64,000 bases of DNA from an uncultured Lachnospiraceae bacterium (lineage in GTDB: Bacteria; Bacillota; Clostridia; Lachnospirales; Lachnospiraceae). Under the pieces are notes generated by a model. That model ran no database searches. It was not told where the DNA came from and worked only from the letters and a program-made list of their open reading frames with translations. Shown here one piece after another: positions 28,310-36,609 of this stretch; within the stretch, counting starts at the first letter, position 1; each line of letters opens with the position of its first letter. Made by a program: the position numbers and the translations under genes. The stretch lies in NCBI GenBank assembly GCA_934371475.1, contig CAKRNX010000001.1:17214-81213 (forward strand). The letters are read 5' to 3'.

Positions 28310-29797
28310 TTAAGCCAGCAGCTCCCGCACCATATCGGTGCTGAAGCATACATTCTTTACATGATCTACCTCAATCTGATACAGTGCATTGGCTGCGATA
28401 TGTTCCGCCGCCTGCTCCAGATCACGGATACCGCTCGTGTTGGAATACAGTTCTATCACTGCGTCCAGCGCCCCGTCCTCCAGAGTACATTCATTTTCCT
28501 GAAGTCCCATACGGCGCAGCACTTTGGGCAGCGCAAATTTTGAGAAAATAATCTTTTTCTCTTCCGCTGTATAATCCGGAATGTCGATGACTGCAAAACG
28601 GGACATCAGCGGCGCACTGATCTGCGATTTGTCATTGGCCGTCGCAATGGGGTAAACGCCTACTGTAGGTACCATGCATTCCATATAGTTATCTGTAAAA
28701 CCCAGGTTATCCAGCAGCGTAAGCAGCACATCTGCCGGATTTCCGTTGCCTTTGCCGGACGCAGCCTTGTCGAGTTCGTTAATAATGAATACGAGGTTGG
28801 ACTCTCCCGCCATGGAAAATGCCTCCAGAATAATACCCGGCTTGGCATTGGCATATACCCTGGAACTTCCGGTCAGCTGCTCCGGATCATTGATCGAACT
28901 CATATCGAGCGTTGTCCACGGGAGTTTGAGGATCCGCGCCACCGCATACGCAATCTGCGACTTTCCGGTACCTGCCGGTCCTACCAGCAGAAGTCCGTAA
29001 GCCGGAAGCGTGTGAGTTCTGTTGATCTGGATCACCGTCTCAATGATTCTCTGCTTTACCCGCTCCATTCCATAGAGTTCTTCATCCAGGATCCTTCTGG
29101 CCTCCACCGGGTCAATCGATTCAAAATAATTATTCTTCCACTGAATATTCATCATGATAGACAGCGCGCGCTGCGCATGACGCCGCTCCTCCGGGGACAC
29201 CTCATGAGATCTGGCCACTGCCAGATTCCTTCTGGCCCAGAGACGGATATTTTCCGGCATCGTACCTCCGGCACAGATCATATAGTCCGTAATGCTCTGC
29301 AGGCTTGTGAGCTTCATATCATCGCCGGTTTCCTCCGGATCTTCCTCATTATAATCCTCTGCGGGTGCATTGCTGGCCAGCAGTCTCTCAATCATAAACT
29401 GCAGAAATCCATCCTCCGCAGAAAGCTTGGAGCCCCCGCCCAGCGCAGTCTCCCGGATCCGGTAAACCGCATAGCCGTCGCTGCGGTTCTGGCCGGACAG
29501 ACGCACACTGATATGGTTGACACCCAGCCATTTCACCAGACTGACAAAACGCGCGTCGATCTGAAGAATATCCGCCGTCTGCACGCTTCCTGTCTCTTCT
29601 TTAAACTCAAATGCAGTCCGTTTGCCCGGATTGGTAAATACACCACAGGAATGATGCTTCCATTCACAGCTGTTGTTATCGAGAATCAGGATTGGCTTTT
29701 CCGGTGAAGATTCCGGCTCTCCGGAACGGAACACAGTATAGGTACATTCTGCTTCAGCAGCCGTTCCCGGCGTATCTTTAAAATCAAAAACTGGCAT
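28310..29797 (-). CDS. Lon-type AAA+ ATPase module without protease domain, novel N-terminal region
   Basis: Residues ~240-495 match the Lon ATPase module (LDEELYGMERVKQRIIE, Walker A LLVGPAGTGKS, Walker B LVFIINELDK, GNPADVLLTLLD, PLMSRFAVIDIPDYTAEEK). There is no Lon N-domain and no Ser-Lys protease domain. The first ~240 aa are unassigned. Confidence 0.8.
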   Translation of the reverse strand: MPVFDFKDTPGTAAEAECTYTVFRSGEPESSPEKPILILDNNSCEWKHHSCGVFTNPGKRTAFEFKEETGSVQTADILQIDARFVSLVKWLGVNHISVRLSGQNRSDGYAVYRIRETALGGGSKLSAEDGFLQFMIERLLASNAPAEDYNEEDPEETGDDMKLTSLQSITDYMICAGGTMPENIRLWARRNLAVARSHEVSPEERRHAQRALSIMMNIQWKNNYFESIDPVEARRILDEELYGMERVKQRIIETVIQINRTHTLPAYGLLLVGPAGTGKSQIAYAVARILKLPWTTLDMSSINDPEQLTGSSRVYANAKPGIILEAFSMAGESNLVFIINELDKAASGKGNGNPADVLLTLLDNLGFTDNYMECMVPTVGVYPIATANDKSQISAPLMSRFAVIDIPDYTAEEKKIIFSKFALPKVLRRMGLQENECTLEDGALDAVIELYSNTSGIRDLEQAAEHIAANALYQIEVDHVKNVCFSTDMVRELLA

Positions 29798-29850
29798 AAC
29801 TCATACTCCTTTTATTCTTTATTTCATTCATTTTTTCCTTCAAAAATGCC

Positions 29851-30016
29851 TTAGAGCGTGTTTGAAAAAGGCTTTTTGTGAGCTGCGAGTTCCAGTTTGT
29901 GGGAGATTTTGCCCGAATGAGGGCGGCGTAGCGGGGCTACGTCAACCGAATAAGGACAAAATATACCGCAAAGTGGGGCTTGCAGATCGCGGAAATGTTT
30001 TTCAAACACACTCTAA
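29851..30016. repeat. Family-1 MITE-like repeat, long form
   Basis: 19-bp terminal inverted repeats TTAGAGCGTGTTTGAAAAA / TTTTTCAAACACACTCTAA. Differs at only 6 positions from the copy at 63440-63601. Confidence 0.85.
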
Positions 30017-30236
30017 CATTCCTGATGCGGGGTGCACGTCATGCGGACACACAGCACATTTCTCCTGTAAACATCCACATTCCGCTTTGCATTTATATCG
30101 CCTATTATATCATAACTTTCCGCATTTCCAACGGCAAAAAAGGAAACCCTGATATGCATCATTTCCGGATCACCCTGCAGTTCATCAGCCGGAAGGATGG
30201 ACTGTAACAGAAAAAGCAAAAAAAATTCAAAAACAG

Positions 30237-30266
30237 TTGACAAATCTATAGAAAGTATGGTATAAA
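30237..30266 (+). promoter_or_regulatory. Sigma-A type promoter for tRNA-Trp
   Basis: TTGACA (30237-30242), 18-nt spacer ending in TGG, then TATAAA (30261-30266). Lies 21 nt upstream of the tRNA 5' end. Confidence 0.6.
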
Positions 30267-30287
30267 AATCTAGTGAGTCATTCACGT

Positions 30288-30358
30288 AGGGGATTGGTCA
30301 AATGGTATGATAGGGGTCTCCAAAACCTTTGGTGGGAGTTCGATTCTCTCATCCCCTG
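30288..30358 (+). tRNA. tRNA-Trp: tRNA-Trp (anticodon CCA)
   Basis: Cloverleaf folded by hand: acceptor AGGGGAT/ATCCCCT, anticodon stem GGGGT/ACCTT with loop CTCCAAA, T-arm GGGAG-TTCGATT-CTCTC. The 3' CCA is not encoded. Confidence 0.9.
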
Positions 30359-30368
30359 TAGTCTGAAG

Positions 30369-30407
30369 AGTCAGAAACTTTGAATTATCAAGGCTTCTGA
30401 CTTTTTT
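30369..30407 (+). terminator. Intrinsic terminator after tRNA-Trp
   Basis: Stem AGTCAGAA..TTCTGACT followed by TTTTTT. Confidence 0.75.
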
Positions 30408-30419
30408 GTATCATTTCAT

Positions 30420-30500
30420 TCAGGAATGCCTGGACATTCCTACTGCGCAGATCCATTGCCCTCCCCCGGACATGTATGCCCGGCCGGAGGCTATATCAGA
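30420..30500. repeat. Degenerate family-2 core plus family-3 fragment
   Basis: CAGGAATGCCTGGACATTCCT, followed by GCGCAGATCCATTGCCC..CCGGAGGCTATATCAGATGG. Confidence 0.55.
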
Positions 30501-30520
30501 TGGCTGCGGATCTGGCATTT

Positions 30521-31303
30521 CTATCCCACAATCGTCGCCACATTTCCATAAAGCAGCACCCTGAGGATCCCGAACAGCACCAGATGGCCTGCATAGAAGA
30601 AATAGAAAAACCACTTCATTCCCTTCCAGTTTCCTCTTGTGCCATTATAATAATGCATAAACGGCCAGACAATGATGATGCCGTACTGGATCAGTCCATA
30701 GACCGGATCAATCGCCAGGCACCACACGGCTACATACATGGTAATATATGCCATCATCCCGAGCACCTGTTTTTTCAGATTTCCACGGTTCTTATGGATG
30801 TGCAGCGTACATAGAACCGGAAAGCAGGACCAGTCTGACGGGAAAGCCAGCAGACACAGCAGCACAAGCAGCACGGTTTTCTGCCATGCCCTGAGCGGAA
30901 AGCTTCTTTTTTCATCATCATCGACATACAGCGCCAGCGCTGCACAGAAAAGCGCCCAGATCACACTGGTCTGGTTCAGAACTGAATCGCGAAACGGAAT
31001 CAGTGATATACCGAAACAGAAATTGTAGGCAAAGTGGGAAATCACCGCAAACACAAATAATCTCTGCAGATACTTTCCTAAATTTCTTGTATGCAGATAC
31101 CCTTCTGATATCATAAACCACATCACCGGCGCTGCCAGCCTGCCAAAGAAATGGATCGCCAGGATCCACCATTCTTTATGACCGTATCCCGGCCATAATG
31201 TCCACGCCAGATGATCTACCGTCATCGCCGCGATTGCAAACAGCTTCAGCTGATTCCCTGAAAATCCCTGAAACGTTCTCACATCTTCCATCTCTTTTGT
31301 CAT
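30521..31303 (-). CDS. TraX family membrane protein
   Basis: 260 aa, polytopic. The N-terminal LKLFAIAAMTVDHLAW is typical of the TraX family. Confidence 0.75.
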   Translation of the reverse strand: MTKEMEDVRTFQGFSGNQLKLFAIAAMTVDHLAWTLWPGYGHKEWWILAIHFFGRLAAPVMWFMISEGYLHTRNLGKYLQRLFVFAVISHFAYNFCFGISLIPFRDSVLNQTSVIWALFCAALALYVDDDEKRSFPLRAWQKTVLLVLLCLLAFPSDWSCFPVLCTLHIHKNRGNLKKQVLGMMAYITMYVAVWCLAIDPVYGLIQYGIIIVWPFMHYYNGTRGNWKGMKWFFYFFYAGHLVLFGILRVLLYGNVATIVG

Positions 31304-31314
31304 AGTCTTTCCCC

Positions 31315-31572
31315 CTAGTTACTTTGATCTCTGAAAAATCTGTTCTTCTGATTATCTTTTGTTTTCTCCTGCATTTCAGCTATCACTTTTTCTTTTTTCG
31401 ATGATTGCAGCAAACGATAATAATATTGCGTCCCAATGTTTCTGTCCAGTGTTCTGGAACTCCAGCCTTCTTTTGAAGCCTCATTCATATACCATATCCG
31501 CGCATCTTCATCTATTACCCGATGAAAGCACCGAAAATGAGTCCCATTCTGATTGTGAACGCATGCGTTCAC
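31315..31572 (-). pseudogene. Fragment of a YhcG/DUF1016-type PDDEXK nuclease gene
   Basis: HFRCFHRVIDEDARIWYMNEASKEGWSSRTLDRNIGTQYYYRLL matches the N-terminal helical half of DUF1016 proteins. The nuclease domain and the extreme N-terminus are absent, leaving only ~85 codons. Confidence 0.6.
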
Positions 31573-31647
31573 AATTCGCTCCTCTGGAAATGCAAGATAA
31601 AATTTCTACAATGATTTTAGCAATCTCATCACTGAATACCTGCCCTG

Positions 31648-32559
31648 TCAGAACAGATCCAGCATATTGTCCAGATATATCTCCTCTCTCACATGCAGCT
31701 GATACTCCGGCTTTGTCATGTAGTAAAGCAGAAATTCCAGTATCAGAGCGCTGCCAAGTCCCCTGCCCTCGATTTTAAAATGATGAAACCCCATCGGCAC
31801 ATAAATATTTCGAATATCATCGATCCCGATAAATCCCGGATTCTTCATTGCCTTTGAAAAGCGATAGCCCTGATCCCCATCCGGCGCAGCACACCGGTGA
31901 TCCGGGCAGTCTTCGCCTAAGTTTTTGCGGCTGACGTTTTCATAACAGCGTTTCCTGTCCCTGCAGCCAAAGAAACAGCATTCGTTGCACAGAAATTCCA
32001 CTTTGTTCTTCTGTGATGCTGACAGTGCATTCAGTTCATCCACTCTTTTGTTTAACCGAAAATCCGGCACAACATATCGAAACTCCTCACGATCCAGCTC
32101 CTGCTGCAGTTCTTCGAACCGTGTCAGCACCTTTGTCGTAGAAGAGACAAAATAAAAGCCGGGATATTTCTCTTTCAGGTAGTGTAACAGCAGATCCGAA
32201 TGAATAATGATGCCATTCTGTACGCCCGTCCCCTTTTCGAATACTGCACAGAGCGCATTGCATGTTCTGTCCGCAAGATGTTCTTTGCGCAGCAGGGAAT
32301 TGCTGAAGGTCAGCCGCGCCGAAATCCCATATTCGCGCATCAATGCCAGGACTTCCCGCGGGTCACTCTCACTAAATCCTGTCCGGCCTCCGCCCCAGAT
32401 ACAGTCTTCCGGAGCCCCATAAATCGAACCGATCTCACACCAGTCATAGAAGTATTCCCGATGTTCACGAAATACCGGCAGGAATACGCGGTACAGTTCA
32501 TAAAACTCAAACAGTCCCGGCAGATGATAATATGCTTTTCCCCTTTTTAACTGCATCAT
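31648..32559 (-). CDS. Conserved hypothetical protein, possibly distant peptidase-U32-like
   Basis: Trimmed to ATGATG at 32559, because the track ORF overlaps the upstream gene. The Cys-rich EFLCNECCFFGCRDRKRC and C-terminal FKIEGRG are reminiscent of U32 family signatures. The assignment is tentative. Confidence 0.5.
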   Translation of the reverse strand: MMQLKRGKAYYHLPGLFEFYELYRVFLPVFREHREYFYDWCEIGSIYGAPEDCIWGGGRTGFSESDPREVLALMREYGISARLTFSNSLLRKEHLADRTCNALCAVFEKGTGVQNGIIIHSDLLLHYLKEKYPGFYFVSSTTKVLTRFEELQQELDREEFRYVVPDFRLNKRVDELNALSASQKNKVEFLCNECCFFGCRDRKRCYENVSRKNLGEDCPDHRCAAPDGDQGYRFSKAMKNPGFIGIDDIRNIYVPMGFHHFKIEGRGLGSALILEFLLYYMTKPEYQLHVREEIYLDNMLDLF

Positions 32560-32567
32560 TTTCGACT

Positions 32568-33713
32568 CTAACACCCAAACAATTCCGCCGTTTTCTCCAT
32601 CCGCTCCGCAATCGGCACGCCAAACGGGCAGCGCTCCTCGCATTCCCGGCATCCGACACATTCGGAAGCCTTATGCGCCAGCAGCTCATAGTGCGACTGT
32701 ACCGTAGCAGGCACTTTCGGCTGCATCGTAGCCAGATCATAGAATTTATTGATCATAGCGATATCCAGATCCACCGCACATGGTTTGCAATGGCCGCAGT
32801 ACGTACATTCTCCGCGGTAGGAATGGAACGGCGCATTCGCAATCACAGAAGCATAATCTTTTGCCGCTTCATCAGCAGTTTCATAAGCCACAGCATCATC
32901 CACCTGTTCTTTTGTATCATATCCGCACATGACGGAACAGACTGCAGGTCTGGTCAGCGCATAATGAATGCACTGCACCGGTGTCAGGCTCACGCCGAAC
33001 GGAGAGCGCTTCTCATCAAACAGTCGGCCTCCGGCGAATCCTTTCATGACTGTAATGCCTACATCTTCCTGCTCACAGACTTTGTAGAGGTGCGCACGGT
33101 CTGCATCAATCCCTTTCAGACTTGCATCAAATGTATCCGCAAACAGCGTATCCACGTCTTCGCTGGCCGGGAGCATATCAAATGCCGGATTGATACTGAA
33201 CAGGATCATCTCCACATATCCTGACTGTGCCGCTTTTACCGCCACTTTGGGATTGTGCGAACTGATGCCGATATGATGGATTACCCCGTTCTTTTTCAGT
33301 TCCTTCACATAATCCAGATATTCGGAATGTTGGATCTGCTCCCACTCTTCCTCTGAGTCCACATAGTGGATCATGCCCAGATCAATGTAGTCGGTCTGAA
33401 GGCGCTTTAACAGATCCTCAAACGCCGGACGCACATATTTCATATCTCTTGTCCTGAAATACTGCCCGTCTTTCCATGTAGATCCGATATGTCCCTGAAT
33501 GAACCACTCACTGCGGTTATCCTTAATCCCTTTTCCGATCACATCTCTGGACTTCGGATCAGCCATCCAGCAGTCCAGAATATTGATCCCCTGTGAGGAT
33601 GCATAATGGATCAGCTCAATCCCCTCTTCTTCCGGATGACGCTCCAGCCATTCTCCTCCAAATCCAATTTCACTTACCATCAGTCCTGTTTTTCCAAGTC
33701 TGCGTGTTCTCAT
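32568..33713 (-). CDS. Aldo/keto reductase with C-terminal 4Fe-4S ferredoxin-type domain
   Basis: Trimmed to the ATG at 33713 (GGAGGGAGAAAG RBS). MRTRRLGKTGLMVSEIGFGG is a typical AKR N-terminus. C-terminal Cys clusters CTYCGHCKPC and CVGCRECEERCP. Confidence 0.85.
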   Translation of the reverse strand: MRTRRLGKTGLMVSEIGFGGEWLERHPEEEGIELIHYASSQGINILDCWMADPKSRDVIGKGIKDNRSEWFIQGHIGSTWKDGQYFRTRDMKYVRPAFEDLLKRLQTDYIDLGMIHYVDSEEEWEQIQHSEYLDYVKELKKNGVIHHIGISSHNPKVAVKAAQSGYVEMILFSINPAFDMLPASEDVDTLFADTFDASLKGIDADRAHLYKVCEQEDVGITVMKGFAGGRLFDEKRSPFGVSLTPVQCIHYALTRPAVCSVMCGYDTKEQVDDAVAYETADEAAKDYASVIANAPFHSYRGECTYCGHCKPCAVDLDIAMINKFYDLATMQPKVPATVQSHYELLAHKASECVGCRECEERCPFGVPIAERMEKTAELFGC

Positions 33714-33865
33714 CTTTCTCCCTCCGTACTTTTCTTCGCACTCCTGCAATCCTCACATGAAACCTTTTGACGCCATAATTTATACCGTTATTTCGATCTG
33801 ATTTTCCTCGATCCCGACAATACAGCTCTCATAATGATCATCGCCTGTCGTCGCTGCCCGCACTT

Positions 33866-35215
33866 TTATACTGCTTTATATTGCTGCATTCTCTTATTCA
33901 CCACAGTCATATATCCCAGGCACAGGATCAGCTGTACGATGGAAGACATCGGCGTTGCCAGCCCGATCTTGAACAGCGACGTCTGCGGCTGAATGCTCAT
34001 CAGGTAAGAAACCGGCACACGCACGCCGAATGCCCCGATCATTCCCTGCAGCATAACAAATTTTGTTCTGCCAATTCCATTATAAAATCCAGTATAGCAG
34101 AAAAAGATGGCCGTGAACAGACAGTCTATCGCGTAGGCCTTCAGATAATCCGCCGCTTCCAGGATCACGTTCTCATCTGATGAGAAGATGCCCGCCAGCA
34201 CATCGCCGTGGAAGAATGACAGGAAGAACATACCCACTCCGATCACAAAAGAAACCAGCACACCGTAATGAAGCGCCTTCTTTGCCCGGTCCATGTGGCC
34301 TGCACCGTAATTCTGTGCCACAAAGGCCGAGATCGACTGCATAAAAGCAGATGAAATCAGCATGATGAATGCACATACTTTTTCCGCCACGCCCACTCCG
34401 GCGGAGGCAATCACTCCCATGGAATTGACAATCGCCAGAATAATCAGGAATGAAATGCTCACCAACAGATCCTGAAGCGCAATGGGTGCCCCCAGCCCGG
34501 CCATTTTGCGAAGACTCGCCCCATGGATCCTGATATTCTCTTTTTTCATCAGGAAGGGCAGCTCTTTCCTGCGGATTACCAGAAAAGAGATCACCACGCT
34601 GACTACCTGGGCAAACACCGTGGCCGCAGCCGCTCCCTCCGTTCCCATACGGAATACCGCGCACAGAAGCAGGTCTCCCGCAATATTGCAGACACACGCA
34701 ATCGCCACAGTCAGCAGCGGCGTCCTCGAATCCCCGATACCTCTGAATATACAGCCAATCAGGTTATACGCCACGATCACCAGCATGCCGCCTCCGCAGA
34801 TTCTCACATAAGCGACTGTTTTATCGAAGGCTTCTTTCGGCGCATTCATGATGCTGCAAATCTGAGGTGCAAAAATCACGAGGACCATTGTCATAGCCAC
34901 TGCGATACAGGCAAACATGACGATCGCTGTCCCCACAGTACGCCCGCCCTCCTCTTTTTTGCCGCTTCCGATCTGCTGCCCCAGCAGCACGGTCGTTCCC
35001 ATCGCAAAACTGCTGACCAGATTGGTCAGTGTCATCATGATCTGCGATCCTGTCGATACGGCTGACACATCCGCGGATGTCGCAAATTTTCCGATCACCA
35101 GCAGATCCACCGCCCCGTACATCGCCTGCAGAAACAGTGCCAGCAGTACCGGCAGCGCAAACAGGATCAGCGGCTGCATAATTTTTCCTTCCGTAAATGT
35201 CGTGTTCTTTTCCAT
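33866..35215 (-). CDS. MATE family efflux transporter
   Basis: Trimmed to the ATG at 35215 (GGAGGGG RBS). 449 aa, 12-TM pattern, MATE-like N-terminus (ILFALPVLLALFLQAMYGAVDLLVIG). Confidence 0.85.
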   Translation of the reverse strand: MEKNTTFTEGKIMQPLILFALPVLLALFLQAMYGAVDLLVIGKFATSADVSAVSTGSQIMMTLTNLVSSFAMGTTVLLGQQIGSGKKEEGGRTVGTAIVMFACIAVAMTMVLVIFAPQICSIMNAPKEAFDKTVAYVRICGGGMLVIVAYNLIGCIFRGIGDSRTPLLTVAIACVCNIAGDLLLCAVFRMGTEGAAAATVFAQVVSVVISFLVIRRKELPFLMKKENIRIHGASLRKMAGLGAPIALQDLLVSISFLIILAIVNSMGVIASAGVGVAEKVCAFIMLISSAFMQSISAFVAQNYGAGHMDRAKKALHYGVLVSFVIGVGMFFLSFFHGDVLAGIFSSDENVILEAADYLKAYAIDCLFTAIFFCYTGFYNGIGRTKFVMLQGMIGAFGVRVPVSYLMSIQPQTSLFKIGLATPMSSIVQLILCLGYMTVVNKRMQQYKAV

Positions 35216-35578
35216 CTGTTCCCCTCCTGTGTGATAATCTTGCTTTGCGCATAAGCAGCACGATCCCATTCTGCAGACTGCGCATTCAACCGGAGCGTTG
35301 CTGTGCATTAAAAAAACCGGATAAGAAGCAGACATCTCAGTCTGCCATCTTATCCGGCTATTGTTTCTGTCGAACAAATTGCCCTCCGATGAATCACGCA
35401 AAGTATACTACACAATTTTCTCTGCGTCAATTCCCGGAGTTCTTAATTTCTATTCCTTTATTTCTATTTTTTTCACAAAGCTCTTACTTTCTGTTCTTCT
35501 CTGCTCTGACTTTCTGCAAAGACTGTTTACAGAAAACTCAGGGAACGTTACCCTGAATGACGATCAGCATGTTCCTGT

Positions 35579-36355
35579 TTATTCTTCTGCTGCGGTATTT
35601 TCTGTGATGAACAGATCAATGACATTGTGAATAGTTTCTTCGTCCGCATCCGCATCAATACCTGCGCTGAGCCAGTACGCATACTCGCCTGTGAAATATT
35701 TCTGCAGTGCTTCCAGATCGCTGCCATAACGGAACTCGATGTGATACGTGCTCTCCATAGTATCGTCTCTCATCAGGAAATAAGTAAATTCTCCTGCGTC
35801 ATCGGTACTCTTGTAAACATCACACTCAAAGGAGGGATCTATCTCCTGTCCCTGATACATCATGGTCTCGCCTTCACCAACTTTGTATGTTCCCAAATAT
35901 TCATACGTATGGGTACTCTCGGTGCCATCTTCCAGAGTTGTGGTAATCTCGTCTCCCCGGAATGTAAATGACTCTGCGCCGTTGATGTACCAGCAGTCAA
36001 ATCCAAGCGCTTCCGGATTTTTTTCATATTCTTCTGCTGCTTCCGATCCGTAAATATCTGCACTGATGTATGCTCTCAGCATCTCGGCAGTATCTTTTCC
36101 CTGCTCTTCTCCTACAATAGAGGTACACTTCTCTACCCAGTAATCCTCGTAGGCATCATCCAGAATTACTTTAAAAAGATTCACATAAGTGGTGCCGTCC
36201 TCACCTGCGATTTCTGTAAGAATGCCGTAATCATCCACTGCTACTTCTGTCTCTGCCTCTATCGCATTCTCTGCCCACACTGCGCTGCCTGCTCCCATGG
36301 ATAATGCCATAGCATATGTCAGTAAACCTGCCAGATATCTGTTTCTTGCTTTCAC
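35579..36355 (-). CDS. Secreted protein, possibly ZinT/YodA-like lipocalin fold
   Basis: GTG start at 36355 after GGGAGGGA. Signal peptide KARNRYLAGLLTYAMALSMGAGSAVWA. The C-terminal YHIEFRYGSDLEAL..YAYW loosely resembles the ZinT HFHIxxG...WPTYY region. The functional call is weak. Confidence 0.5.
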   Translation of the reverse strand: MKARNRYLAGLLTYAMALSMGAGSAVWAENAIEAETEVAVDDYGILTEIAGEDGTTYVNLFKVILDDAYEDYWVEKCTSIVGEEQGKDTAEMLRAYISADIYGSEAAEEYEKNPEALGFDCWYINGAESFTFRGDEITTTLEDGTESTHTYEYLGTYKVGEGETMMYQGQEIDPSFECDVYKSTDDAGEFTYFLMRDDTMESTYHIEFRYGSDLEALQKYFTGEYAYWLSAGIDADADEETIHNVIDLFITENTAAEE

Positions 36356-36487
36356 GTATGTTCCCTCCCTGATTGATATTGTTTTCTCTTGGTTAGCATT
36401 CACTAACTGGTTAGTAGTATAGAACTTACGGTATCTTTTGTCAAGGGAAAGCATACTATTAAGCCATGTTTTCTGCCATTTATACAT

Positions 36488-36548
36488 CCGATGCATGACG
36501 TATTTCTCCTGCGCACCTCACAGCATGAATGCTGGGGCATTCTTGAAC
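36488..36548. repeat. Family-2 repeat
   Basis: CCGATGCATGACGTATTTCTCCTGCGCACCTCACAGCATGAATGCTGGGGCATTCTTGAA. Confidence 0.7.
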
Positions 36549-36609
36549 AGATGTGAAGTGACTCCTGCAAGAAATAATTTGGGATTAATTATGGAGGTGC
36601 AGACATCCG

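Noticed and set aside
28161-28349. 62-aa minus-strand ORF between the RHH gene and the Lon-type ATPase gene.
   Set aside because: It overlaps the 3' end of the ATPase gene and has no RBS. The plus-strand 50-aa ORF (28138..28290), which has a good RBS, is the more plausible coding reading of this interval, though it too is unproven.
29862-30152. ORFs reading through the long family-1 repeats (29862..30152 and 63314..63766), sharing the peptide ELRVPVCGRF.PNEGGVAGLRQPNK.
   Set aside because: The similarity is nucleotide-level repeat identity. All four substitutions between the copies are non-synonymous, an indel breaks the frame, and the flanking parts of the two ORFs are unrelated.
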